From NCBI GenBank assembly GCA_036302225.1, contig JAXJCX010000059.1, positions 7,133 through 71,132 on the forward strand: a stretch of 64,000 nucleotides of DNA, written 5' to 3'. Position numbers and translations under genes: made by a program. Below, one piece after another: positions 25,141 to 33,827 of this stretch. Below the pieces are notes generated by a model. The model had not been told where the DNA came from, searched no databases, and saw only the letters and a list, made by a program, of their open reading frames with translations. This DNA comes from Collinsella sp. GTDB lineage: Bacteria; Actinomycetota; Coriobacteriia; Coriobacteriales; Coriobacteriaceae. Within the stretch, counting starts at the first letter, position 1. Each line of letters opens with the position of its first letter.

Positions 25141-25371
25141 CGCTAGTGTTTGCAGGTGGCGGCGCGTGCGAGGCATAGTGTATCGCGTACAATGGTTCGG
25201 ATCGTATCGTTCGGGCAGGTTATCCGATATGCCTGATCGCCCTTCCATTCGAAAGGACATCCATGTCCCAGTCCTCGACGCCCGCCCTCAGCGATGCCAT
25301 CTACGATGCATCGTCGCTCGGCCGCCCGCGCATGTTTTTGCTCGGCCTACATATGCGCGTGGGCACCATTT

Positions 25372-26037
25372 TTAATGCGTCAGTATCCAGTGGATGCCAC
25401 GCGCCATTCGTAGATCGGTTTGGGCAAAGTGGTTGCCGGGGTTGAGCTCCAGCGTTGTTGGAATGCCGCGATCGGCAAGCAACGCTTCCATGGCGCGTGT
25501 GTCTTCGAGGACGTGTCGCATCATGCGGTTGGGCGTCTTGGTTTCTTTTTTGCCGAGTGACAGGTAGACGGCGCCGGGCGCGTTCGGCATCCTGTGCTCG
25601 TGCGCATAGTCGATAAAGCCAGGAAACCAAAGGGACCCCGATGCGCTTGCGGCGCGGTCAAAGGCATCGGTTTGCCAGAGGGCCCAAAGCGAAAAGAGAC
25701 CCGCCAGCGAATAGCCGGCAATGCCACGCCAAGCAGGTGGATGTGGGAGCGATAATTCGACCTTTGGGATTATCCGGTTCAGCAACTCATCAAGAAAACC
25801 GGCAGCTTGGCCGCCGAAAGGCTCGGCATCGCGTACGGTCCCGTCGCATTCCCAAGGGCTCAGCTCGCGATTCCAGTTGAGGCCGCCAATGGCGACAAGG
25901 GTAAACGGTGGGCAGTCGAGCTCTCGGCAGCACTTATATACCTCGATGCCGTCACCCATGACCACGGGAAGGTAGATGATCGGTGCGCTTTCGGCATGCA
26001 TTGAATGAACGGTTATCTGCTTTTGGCACGCTTCCAT
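25372..26037 (-). CDS. Alpha/beta-hydrolase esterase (esterase-D / IroE-like)
   Basis: GYSLAG (GxSxG) nucleophile elbow, ...SGSLWFPGF... and LSLGKKE. Start trimmed to MEACQ. Confidence 0.6.
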   Translation of the reverse strand: MEACQKQITVHSMHAESAPIIYLPVVMGDGIEVYKCCRELDCPPFTLVAIGGLNWNRELSPWECDGTVRDAEPFGGQAAGFLDELLNRIIPKVELSLPHPPAWRGIAGYSLAGLFSLWALWQTDAFDRAASASGSLWFPGFIDYAHEHRMPNAPGAVYLSLGKKETKTPNRMMRHVLEDTRAMEALLADRGIPTTLELNPGNHFAQTDLRMARGIHWILTH

Positions 26038-26104
26038 GACGGGCTTCTCTCGGCGTTGTGATATCGACAGCCCCAATTGTCGCACGCCGACGCATACGCG
26101 CTAC

Positions 26105-26147
26105 CGAAAAGAAAAGCGCGGAGCCGCTCGATGCGACTCCGCGCTTT
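26105..26147 (-). terminator. Intrinsic terminator 3' of the NCS2 permease
   Basis: Reverse strand reads aaagcgcggag-tcgcatcgagcgg-ctccgcgcttt followed by TCTTTTC. Confidence 0.7.
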
Positions 26148-26174
26148 GGTGTTCTGTTTTAGCAGACTATGCCG

Positions 26175-27485
26175 TTACGCTACGAAGAAGTAGACGAGGA
26201 AAGCGAGAGCTGCGATCCACATGAGCGGCTTGATCTTGGAGGCCTCGCCCTTAAAGAGCGCGACGATCACGTAGGCGATAAAGCCTAGGCCAATGCCGGC
26301 AGAGATGGAGTAGGTGAAGGGCACGCCGGCGACAATCATGAACGCCGGGAAACCCTGCGACACGTCGGACCAGTCGATCTCGGAGGCCTCGCTCATCATG
26401 AGGTAGCCGACGTAGACCAGAGCACCGCAGGTGGCGGCGCTGGAAACGATGGTGACGATGGGGGAGAAGAACGCGGCGAGAATGAACAGCACGCCGGTGG
26501 TGACGGAGGTGAGGCCCGTGCGGCCACCGTCGGCGGCGCCAGAAGTGGACTCGACGAAGGTGGTGATGGAGGAGACACCCATGAAACCGCCCACAGCGGC
26601 GGCGGCGGAGTCGACGATTAGGATCTCCTTGATATTCTCGACGTTGCCGTCGTCGGTGAGGAACTCGCCCTGCTTGGCTACGGCCATCGCGGTGCCCATG
26701 GTGTCGAAGAAGTCACTCATGAGCAGCGAGAACGAGATGACGAGGAGCGCGGGGTCGGTAAGGACCTTGACGATGGCGGGCACGCCGCCGGCGTCGGCGA
26801 TGGGGCCACCGATGCTCGAGAAGTCGAGCGGGGCGATGATACCGGTCGGAGCCTGGGTCACACCTAGGGGGATACCGGCGATGACGGCGACGACGATGCC
26901 GATGAGCAGCGAGCCGGGGACGTTGCGGCAGGCGAGGGCGACCGTCACCAGGATGGAGATGATGCCGACGATGAAGGTGGGGGAGGTGATGTCGCCCAGA
27001 CCGACGAGTGTACCGGCGCCAGCGGTGATAATGCCGGCATCGCACAGGCCAATCATGGCGATGAACAGGCCCAGACCCACCGAGATGGCGTGACGCAGGA
27101 CAACCGGGATGGCGTCCATGATGGCCTCGCGCAGGCCACAAAGCACGAGCAGCAAGATGACGATACCCTCGAGGAAGATAACGCTCATGGCCACGTGCCA
27201 GTCACCGCCGCAGACGGTGGTGGCGATTCCAGCGATCATCGCGTTGACGCCTAAGCCCGACGCGCAGGCGAGCGGGCGGTTGGCGAAGATGCCCATGCAG
27301 ATGGTCATGATGCCGGCGCCCAGGCAGGTGGCGCAGGCGAGCGCTCCCGCATCGATGCCGGCGCCCGAGAGCACCGCGGGGTTGACGGCAATGATGTAGG
27401 CCATTGCCAGGAACGTTGTCAGTCCAGCGCGAAGTTCGGTCCCGATTGTGGACTTGCGCTCGCTGACGTGAAATAGTTCGTCCAT
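26175..27485 (-). CDS. NCS2-family purine permease (AzgA/PbuG-type adenine/guanine/hypoxanthine transporter)
   Basis: MDELFHVSERKSTIGTELRAGLTTFLAMAYIIAVNPAVLS... is a hallmark AzgA-type N-terminus, followed by ~13 TM segments. Confidence 0.85.
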   Translation of the reverse strand: MDELFHVSERKSTIGTELRAGLTTFLAMAYIIAVNPAVLSGAGIDAGALACATCLGAGIMTICMGIFANRPLACASGLGVNAMIAGIATTVCGGDWHVAMSVIFLEGIVILLLVLCGLREAIMDAIPVVLRHAISVGLGLFIAMIGLCDAGIITAGAGTLVGLGDITSPTFIVGIISILVTVALACRNVPGSLLIGIVVAVIAGIPLGVTQAPTGIIAPLDFSSIGGPIADAGGVPAIVKVLTDPALLVISFSLLMSDFFDTMGTAMAVAKQGEFLTDDGNVENIKEILIVDSAAAAVGGFMGVSSITTFVESTSGAADGGRTGLTSVTTGVLFILAAFFSPIVTIVSSAATCGALVYVGYLMMSEASEIDWSDVSQGFPAFMIVAGVPFTYSISAGIGLGFIAYVIVALFKGEASKIKPLMWIAALAFLVYFFVA

Positions 27486-27666
27486 GCATACCCTTTCCTT
27501 GTTCGGCCCCGAGTTTAGGCCGATTGACACGAACTCACCCACTATAGCCCCTTTACGACGCTGTTGTTCCTCGCATGTTGATGTTCGGCGCTTTGTAGCA
27601 GACGGACGGTATTTTTCGCATGAAAATGTGTGGGTACCGTATACTTAAGCGGTTACAACGACCCCT

Positions 27667-28098
27667 ATGGAGGAACGTATGATTAAAGAGCTCTGCCACG
27701 ACGAGGCTATTCTGTCTCAGCGTTGCGAGGTCGCGACCGTCGAAGACGAGTCGGTCGCACAGGACCTGATCGATACCATCAAGTCGCTCGACGATGCCGG
27801 CTGCCTTGCCGCCAACCAGATCGGCATCACCAAGAAGGTCTGCGTCTACCTGGACGATGCCGGCGAGCCCCATGTGCTCTACAACCCCCGTCTGGTGTTT
27901 GGCCTGGGTGCCAGCAAGATGGAGGAGAGCTGCCTGACGCACGAGGAGATCACCAAGTCCACGCGCTACATCAAGTGCAAGGTTGCTTTTGACCAGATCG
28001 TCGACGGCAAGATGCGCGAGCGCAAGCAGGACTTCGTCGGCTTCGAGGCACAGATGATCCAGCATATGATCGACCACTGCCTCGGCAAGTTGGTCTAA
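27667..28098 (+). CDS. Short peptide-deformylase-like protein with degenerate catalytic motif (HMIDH instead of HExxH)
   Basis: Motif 1 GCLAANQIG, motif 2 EESCLT (Cys kept), motif 3 QHMIDHCLG, read directly from cag cat atg atc gac cac. 143 aa. Confidence 0.7.
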   Translation: MEERMIKELCHDEAILSQRCEVATVEDESVAQDLIDTIKSLDDAGCLAANQIGITKKVCVYLDDAGEPHVLYNPRLVFGLGASKMEESCLTHEEITKSTRYIKCKVAFDQIVDGKMRERKQDFVGFEAQMIQHMIDHCLGKLV

Positions 28099-28199
28099 GG
28101 GGATCAAAGCACCGCACCTTGCCGCTCAATCGTCGCTCGCGTACCTTAAGTACGCTTCGCTCCTCTTTCGTGGCAATCTGCGGCACTTTGACCCCTTAG
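28096..28199. repeat. ~100-nt imperfect palindrome/long hairpin starting at the stop codon of the PDF-like gene
   Basis: ctaaggggatcaaagcaccgca...tgcggcactttgaccccttag outer arms. Inner arms caccttgcc/ggcaatctg, and a central gcgtac-cttaa-gtacgc hairpin. Confidence 0.65.
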
Positions 28200-28342
28200 A
28201 CGACCTGCGGGGTTAACTTGGTTGAGTTTATCCTGCTTGAATAGCCCGGGCGTGACATTGTTGTCATGTCCGGGCTTTTGTGTTTAGCGCCTCTTTGATT
28301 GGTGACAATAAGCTTAGAAAGAACGTAAAGCTAGGAGGCGCT

Positions 28343-29308
28343 ATGTGCACGAGCATTCGATTTACCGATAATTCTGGCCACATGTATCTGGGCCGCAACC
28401 TCGACTGGAGCTTTGACTACGGCCAACAGGTTCGCGTGATGCCGCGCGGGTTTCACATCCCGTATTCGTTTATCGACGACGCGACGGCGACACACGCGGT
28501 GATCGGTATGTGCATCGATTACAAGAACTATCCCATGTTCTTCGACTGCGGCAACGATGCGGGCCTCGCCGTGGCGGGTCTCAATTTCCCGGGTTATGCC
28601 GAGTATGCCGAGGACCCTGTCGACGGCAAGACCAATATCGCAGCCTATGAGTTTCCCCTGTGGGTGGCAGCGACGTTCTCGACGGTCGATGAGGTCGAGG
28701 CCGCGCTGCGCGACACGGTGATTGTCGCCAAATCTGCCGGAGAGGGGCTGGGCGTGTCGCTGCTCCATTGGATTATCGGCGACAGCCAGCGTAGCATCGT
28801 GGTCGAGATGATGGCTGACGGCCTGCATGTATACGACGATCCGGTCGACACCCTTGCCAATCAGCCCACCTTCCCGTGGCACATGGAAAACCTGCGCACC
28901 TATATCACGGCCACAAGCGATTTTCCGCAGACGGCGACATGGCGTGGCGCCGAGCTCAAGCCCTATGGTGCGGGTGCCGGCATGCGCGGTATTCCGGGTG
29001 ACTGCTATTCGCCGAGCCGTTTTGTAAAGGCGGCGTACCTCAATGCCAATTACCCGCAAAAGGAGAGCGAGACCGAAAACGTCGTCCGCATGTTCCGCTC
29101 GCTCGAGGGCGTGGTGATGATCGAGGGGGCGTCCAGGATGGGCGATGGCAAGTTCGAGAAGACTATCTACACCGGATGCTTTAGCGCGCGCACGGGCAAT
29201 TATTACTACGCGATGTATGGGGATCCGTCGATTCGCTACGTGAGCCTGATGGATGCCGAGGGCGCGAGCCCCGATAGGCTCGTGGTTCCCGAGCCGCGTC
29301 GTTCGTAG
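28343..29308 (+). CDS. Choloylglycine hydrolase family (bile-salt hydrolase / penicillin V acylase type Ntn-hydrolase)
   Basis: Starts MCTSIRFTDNSGHMYLGRNLDW with the nucleophile Cys2. RBS AGGAGG sits 5 nt upstream. 321 aa. Confidence 0.85.
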   Translation: MCTSIRFTDNSGHMYLGRNLDWSFDYGQQVRVMPRGFHIPYSFIDDATATHAVIGMCIDYKNYPMFFDCGNDAGLAVAGLNFPGYAEYAEDPVDGKTNIAAYEFPLWVAATFSTVDEVEAALRDTVIVAKSAGEGLGVSLLHWIIGDSQRSIVVEMMADGLHVYDDPVDTLANQPTFPWHMENLRTYITATSDFPQTATWRGAELKPYGAGAGMRGIPGDCYSPSRFVKAAYLNANYPQKESETENVVRMFRSLEGVVMIEGASRMGDGKFEKTIYTGCFSARTGNYYYAMYGDPSIRYVSLMDAEGASPDRLVVPEPRRS

Positions 29309-29333
29309 CCGCTAGCTTTACTGCAATACAAGA

Positions 29334-29365
29334 CGGCCCTGCATCTCTCGCGAGGTGCAGGGCCG
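29334..29365. terminator. Hairpin between convergent hydrolase and kup genes
   Basis: cggccctgcatctc-tcgc-gaggtgcagggccg. Confidence 0.6.
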
Positions 29366-29387
29366 CTATCGTCGATGGGTGACGGCG

Positions 29388-31637
29388 CTAGAAGTTGGCG
29401 TCGTTGAGCTGTTCGCTCTCGAGGCCGTCGAGCTGTTGCTGTTCGGGCGTATCGGCGACGCTCTCGAGCAGCTCGGTGGGATCGACGTTCATGTCCCTAC
29501 CGGCCTCGTTGCCATTGACCAAGTCGTCCGAGAAGATGTCGACTTCCATTTCCTCGGCCTCTTCGATCTGAACCTCGAGTGGCACCTGGGTGCGCACAAG
29601 TTTGACGGCCGGGCGCATGCGAGCAAAGAGCGGTACGTACTCAATGATGATGGCCGAGTTCTCGAGACCATACCAACGTGCCGGGCTTCCGCAGGCGCGG
29701 CGGACGGCGTACTTGATGGCCATGACGCGATGGTCGTTGCGGTTGATGTCCGTTTCGGGGGCAAGCATCTTGCGCAGCATACAAAAACGGAAGTCGCCCA
29801 CGTTGCCGCGTGTCTCGTAGATGGAGTAGGCGTGATGCTGCGGCGGCAACTCACCCGATGCCATCAGGTCGCCAACGATCTGGCGCAGGTAGGCGTTGAT
29901 GCGTTGATTGACCTTAAAGCCCAGGTCCAAGCGCACGCGGAATAGGAAGTCTGTGCCAAAGGTCTCGACGGAATACTCGTGCGTATAGGGCTCATCGGTG
30001 ACATGCACGTTGATGAACCAGTATGCCTTGGCGCGCTTGGGATGCTTATCCAAGATGGAGTAGAGCACGTCGCGGTCGAGCGTGAGCGGGTCGGGACTGT
30101 TGGTAAGGAACACCAGATTGTCGGCGAGCACGGGGTAGGTCTCGTCGTTGCGCAGGCGGCCGAGCTGGTCAATGTACTTGGAGACGGGCAGCAGGATCGT
30201 CTGCGTGCGCTCGATGGCGGTGCCGCGGCGCCACACGTACATAAGGCCAAACAGCAGCGCGGCCAGGAAGATCATGACGTAGCCGCCGTCAAAGAACATG
30301 GTGAGGCACGAAGCGAAGAAGCACAGCTCAATGGCACCAAAGAGCAGGGCGAAGACGCAGGCGCCCAGCTTGTGTTTGAGGATGCCGGCGATGTAGCTCG
30401 TCAAAAGCGTCGTGGTCATGAGCATGGTCACGGTAATGGCGAGGCCGTAGGCGCTCTCCATGCGCTCGGAGTTTTGGAACAGCAGCACGATGAAGATACA
30501 GCCGACCCACATGATGTTGTTGACGAGCGGAATATAGAGTTGGCCCTTGGTGTCGCTGGGGTAGTGGATGCGCAGATGCGGCATGAGATTGAGACGGGTT
30601 GCCTCGGATACCAGCGAGAACGAGCCGGTGATGAGCGCCTGCGAGGCGATGATGGCCGCTACGGCCGAAAGCACGATGGCAAAGGGGCGCAGGGGCTCGG
30701 GGAGCATCATATAGAACGGGTTGACGATATCCATCGCGAGCATCTGGGGGTTGGAGTTATTGGCGAGCAGCCAAGCTCCTTGACCCAGATAGTTGAGGAT
30801 AAGGGCCGCCTTAACAAACGGCCAGGATGCATAGATGTTAGCCTTGCCCACGTGACCCATGTCCGAATAGAGCGCCTCGGCGCCGGTCGTCGACAGGAAG
30901 ACGAAGCCGAGCACCATGATGCCCGAGTGGTTGATGGGCGAGAACAGGAACATGATGCCGCGGATGGGGTTGAGCGCGCGTAGGATGGACAGGTTGCCGA
31001 GCATGTTGAACAGGCCGGCGCCAGCCAAGAACAGGAACCACAGCGTCATGAGCGGCCCGAACAGCTTGCCGATCGACGAGGTGCCGGCGCGCTGCATGGC
31101 AAACAGGCCACAGATAATGATGATGGTGATGATGATGACGTTGGTCTGGCCGTCACCCAAAAGCGCATGGCCCCACTCGATAGTGCGCAAGCCCTCGATG
31201 GCCGTGGTAACCGTGACGGCGGGGGTGAGGATGCCGTCGGCGAGCAGCGCCGCGCCGCCGATCATGGCGGGAAGGATCAGCCACGGCGCCACTTTGCGCA
31301 CCAAGCTAAACAGGGCGAAGATGCCGCCCTCGTTGTGGTTATCGGCCTTCATGGCGATAACCACGTACTTGACCGTGGTCACGAGCGTCATGGTCCAGAT
31401 GACGAGCGAAAGCGCGCCCAGGATCATGTCCTCGCTGACGGTACCGATGCCGCCGTTGTTGGCAACGATTGATTTCATGGTGTACATGGGGCTCGTGCCG
31501 ATGTCGCCGTAGACGACGCCGAGCGTAACGAGCAGCATGCCAGCGGAGAGGGGAATGGCTCCATGCCCGCCTTGACCACGCTGATCTTGGGGGCTTGCCT
31601 CCAGTTTGTTATGTGCCACGTGGACTCCCTTGGACAT
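29388..31637 (-). CDS. kup: KUP/HAK/KT potassium transporter
   Basis: GVVYGDIGTSPMY signature, 12 TM segments and a cytoplasmic C-terminal domain with an extra acidic tail (...EEAEEMEVDIFSDD...). Confidence 0.9.
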   Translation of the reverse strand: MSKGVHVAHNKLEASPQDQRGQGGHGAIPLSAGMLLVTLGVVYGDIGTSPMYTMKSIVANNGGIGTVSEDMILGALSLVIWTMTLVTTVKYVVIAMKADNHNEGGIFALFSLVRKVAPWLILPAMIGGAALLADGILTPAVTVTTAIEGLRTIEWGHALLGDGQTNVIIITIIIICGLFAMQRAGTSSIGKLFGPLMTLWFLFLAGAGLFNMLGNLSILRALNPIRGIMFLFSPINHSGIMVLGFVFLSTTGAEALYSDMGHVGKANIYASWPFVKAALILNYLGQGAWLLANNSNPQMLAMDIVNPFYMMLPEPLRPFAIVLSAVAAIIASQALITGSFSLVSEATRLNLMPHLRIHYPSDTKGQLYIPLVNNIMWVGCIFIVLLFQNSERMESAYGLAITVTMLMTTTLLTSYIAGILKHKLGACVFALLFGAIELCFFASCLTMFFDGGYVMIFLAALLFGLMYVWRRGTAIERTQTILLPVSKYIDQLGRLRNDETYPVLADNLVFLTNSPDPLTLDRDVLYSILDKHPKRAKAYWFINVHVTDEPYTHEYSVETFGTDFLFRVRLDLGFKVNQRINAYLRQIVGDLMASGELPPQHHAYSIYETRGNVGDFRFCMLRKMLAPETDINRNDHRVMAIKYAVRRACGSPARWYGLENSAIIIEYVPLFARMRPAVKLVRTQVPLEVQIEEAEEMEVDIFSDDLVNGNEAGRDMNVDPTELLESVADTPEQQQLDGLESEQLNDANF

Positions 31638-31777
31638 CCGGTTATCCGTCTAGGACAGATAACCTTTATGCCGTCTTTATACATACAAGAGCAGTTTGGC
31701 ACATCAGGTTATTTTAGACAATAATCCCCAGCTGAGGATTATTTATGTACGCAGGTAGCATTTCAAAGCAGGGGCTT

Positions 31778-32689
31778 TTAAGCACGTGCTGTCTGGGCTA
31801 TGCCAGCCTTGGCGCCTGCGCGTTTGCCGGCGAATTCGCAAAAGAGCGCGCCGCCGATGATAAGTGCGGCGCCCATCAGGCGGACCGGTGTTATGACTTC
31901 GCCCAAAAGGACGGCCGAGAACACGACGGCCGAAAGCGGCTCGAGGTAGCCGACGACCGCAACGGTCTGGACGGGCAGCTTGGCGACGGCACTAAAGTAG
32001 AGCAGGCAACCGATGCCGGTGTTGACGACGCCGAGCATGACGACGGCGCGCCAATCAATATTGGCGGCGACGCCGGCGGACAGGAACGAGGGGGCGCCCT
32101 GCGTGATGAGCGTGAGGACCAGCGCGGTCACAAAGGCGGCGCTCACCTGGAGCGCGGAGTTCTCGAGGCCCTCGATGTGCGGCGCGCCCTTGCTGGCGAT
32201 GACCATCAGCGCATAGCAAAATGCCGAGGCGATGCCGCAAGCGATACCCGCAATGGGCATATTGCCGCCTAGACCTTGTGCCGCAATGAGAAAAGCACCG
32301 CAGGCGACGGCGATAAAGCCGGCGATTTTGCTGCCGGTCAGCTTTTCGCCAAAGATGAGCGGGGAGAGCGCCATGACAATGATGGGGCCGCAGTAGTACA
32401 GCAGCGAGGATACGCCGACGCCGATCGTCTGGTAGGCGCGGAACAGAAAAATCCAGCTGGCGCCCAGCGCGGCTCCCGAGAGGAGGAGGGCTGCGGCTTC
32501 GCGGGGGCGGGATGGCGCCTGCAGCTTATGGCGTTGGGTGACGGCGAGGATGGTGACAAGCGAGAGTGCGCCCAAGAACGTGCGCAGTAGCACGATATCG
32601 GAGCTCGGCAGCGCAATGGCAGCGGCGATGATGCCGTTGGAGCCAAACAATAGCAATGCTGCTAAGTACGTAAACAGTCCGTTGTTCAT
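31778..32689 (-). CDS. EamA/DMT-family transporter
   Basis: 303 aa, 10 predicted TM helices arranged as two EamA-like halves. Divergent from a LysR regulator. Confidence 0.7.
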   Translation of the reverse strand: MNNGLFTYLAALLLFGSNGIIAAAIALPSSDIVLLRTFLGALSLVTILAVTQRHKLQAPSRPREAAALLLSGAALGASWIFLFRAYQTIGVGVSSLLYYCGPIIVMALSPLIFGEKLTGSKIAGFIAVACGAFLIAAQGLGGNMPIAGIACGIASAFCYALMVIASKGAPHIEGLENSALQVSAAFVTALVLTLITQGAPSFLSAGVAANIDWRAVVMLGVVNTGIGCLLYFSAVAKLPVQTVAVVGYLEPLSAVVFSAVLLGEVITPVRLMGAALIIGGALFCEFAGKRAGAKAGIAQTARA

Positions 32690-32786
32690 GCGCTGAAATC
32701 CCCTCTATATCCGAGCATGTTCACTATGGGTGAACTGGCTATAGAAGAAAAGCGAATATAATTCATAGATAACATGACAAAAGCTC

Positions 32787-33665
32787 ATGCATATGTGGAG
32801 GGGTGCCGTGGAAACGAATGTTCAAAAGATGCAGGTCCTACTCGAGACCGTGCGCGCCGGCAGTTTTACGCGCGCCGCCGAGCGGCTGAGCTATTCGCAG
32901 TCGGGCGTGAGCCGTATGGTGGCCGATCTTGAGGCCGACTGGGGCTTTAAAGTGCTTGATAGAAGCCGCGAGGGCGTAGTGCTTTCTGCCGATGGGCGGC
33001 AGATCATGCCGGCGGTCGAGGCGTTGTGCGAGGAATTTGTTCGTTTGCAGCGACGGGTGGATGAGATGCGTGGGCTCATGCGCGGCAAAATCTGCATCGG
33101 TACGTTTTCGAGCGTGGCGACCCACGTGCTGCCGCCGGTGATTGCGCACTTTCGCGCCGATCACCCGGACGTCGATTACGAGCTGCTGATGGGCGATTAC
33201 TCAGAGATTGAGCAATGGGTGGCGGAAGGCCGCTGTGACCTGGGCTTTATTCCGCGCGAGCCGCGCGGTGCCGGCATGGCGTCGCGGCCGTTGGTGCAAG
33301 ACGAGCTGATGGCCGTGGTGCCAGCGGACTCTTCGCTTGCCACCGCGGAGGTCGTTTCCCTTGCCGATTTGGCCAACGAGCAGTTTATTCTGCTGGAACG
33401 CGGTAGCGACGACGAAATAACGCCGCTGTTTCGCCGCGCGGGCCTGGCAGTGCGCTCTAAGCTGTCAACCTGGGATGACTATGCGATTATGGCCATGGTC
33501 GAGGACGGCCTGGGCGTGAGCATTCTTCCGGCGCTCATCTTGCGCCGCTGCCAGTTCGATGTCGCCGTGCGTCCGCTCGAGGGACATCCTCATCGGCAGA
33601 TCAATGCGATATATCGCACGGCTGACGTTTCGCTTGCCGCTGCCCGTTTTCTCGAATACCTCTAA
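32787..33665 (+). CDS. LysR-family transcriptional regulator
   Basis: ...MQVLLETVRAGSFTRAAERLSYSQSGVSRMVADLEADWGFKVLDRSREG HTH plus a substrate-binding domain. The start may be GTG 32808, preceded by GGAGGGG. Confidence 0.8.
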   Translation: MHMWRGAVETNVQKMQVLLETVRAGSFTRAAERLSYSQSGVSRMVADLEADWGFKVLDRSREGVVLSADGRQIMPAVEALCEEFVRLQRRVDEMRGLMRGKICIGTFSSVATHVLPPVIAHFRADHPDVDYELLMGDYSEIEQWVAEGRCDLGFIPREPRGAGMASRPLVQDELMAVVPADSSLATAEVVSLADLANEQFILLERGSDDEITPLFRRAGLAVRSKLSTWDDYAIMAMVEDGLGVSILPALILRRCQFDVAVRPLEGHPHRQINAIYRTADVSLAAARFLEYL

Positions 33666-33723
33666 ACGCGTGCACGTCATTGTCCGCTTTGGGCAAATCT
33701 CAGGGTTCGGTACCTTTTCTTAT

Positions 33724-33810
33724 GAAATTGAACTTTCAGATTATGCGCCGCGCTATACTGCTGCCTAAATTGAACTCAGGTTCAATTCGTGTTCTGTAAA
33801 TTGAACTTTG
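33724..33810. promoter_or_regulatory. Cluster of AAATTGAAC repeats (candidate operator) upstream of the HTH-aminotransferase gene
   Basis: gAAATTGAACttt at 33724, tAAATTGAACtcagGTTCAATT (8-bp palindrome arms) at 33767..33788, and tAAATTGAACttt at 33798. A TATACT -10-like hexamer sits at ~33754. Confidence 0.55.
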
Positions 33811-33827
33811 CCAGCAAGGAGGTTCTA

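Noticed and set aside
23962-25260. 432-aa minus-strand ORF
   Set aside because: It is antisense to the MetE-family gene, whose Zn-ligand motifs and RBS are clear. The ORF itself has no recognisable motifs.
27486-27666. Purine riboswitch upstream of the NCS2 purine permease
   Set aside because: I read the minus-strand leader. It lacks the conserved UAUAAU...GGAUAUGG...GUUUCUACC...CCGUAAAU...GACUAUG blocks. An Rfam scan would be the definitive test.
31638-31777. c-di-AMP (ydaO/kimA-type) riboswitch upstream of kup
   Set aside because: The leader available before the eamA terminator hairpin is only about 80-100 nt. It shows just one short hairpin (ggttatc...gataacc). That is too short, and it lacks the pseudo-two-fold ydaO architecture.
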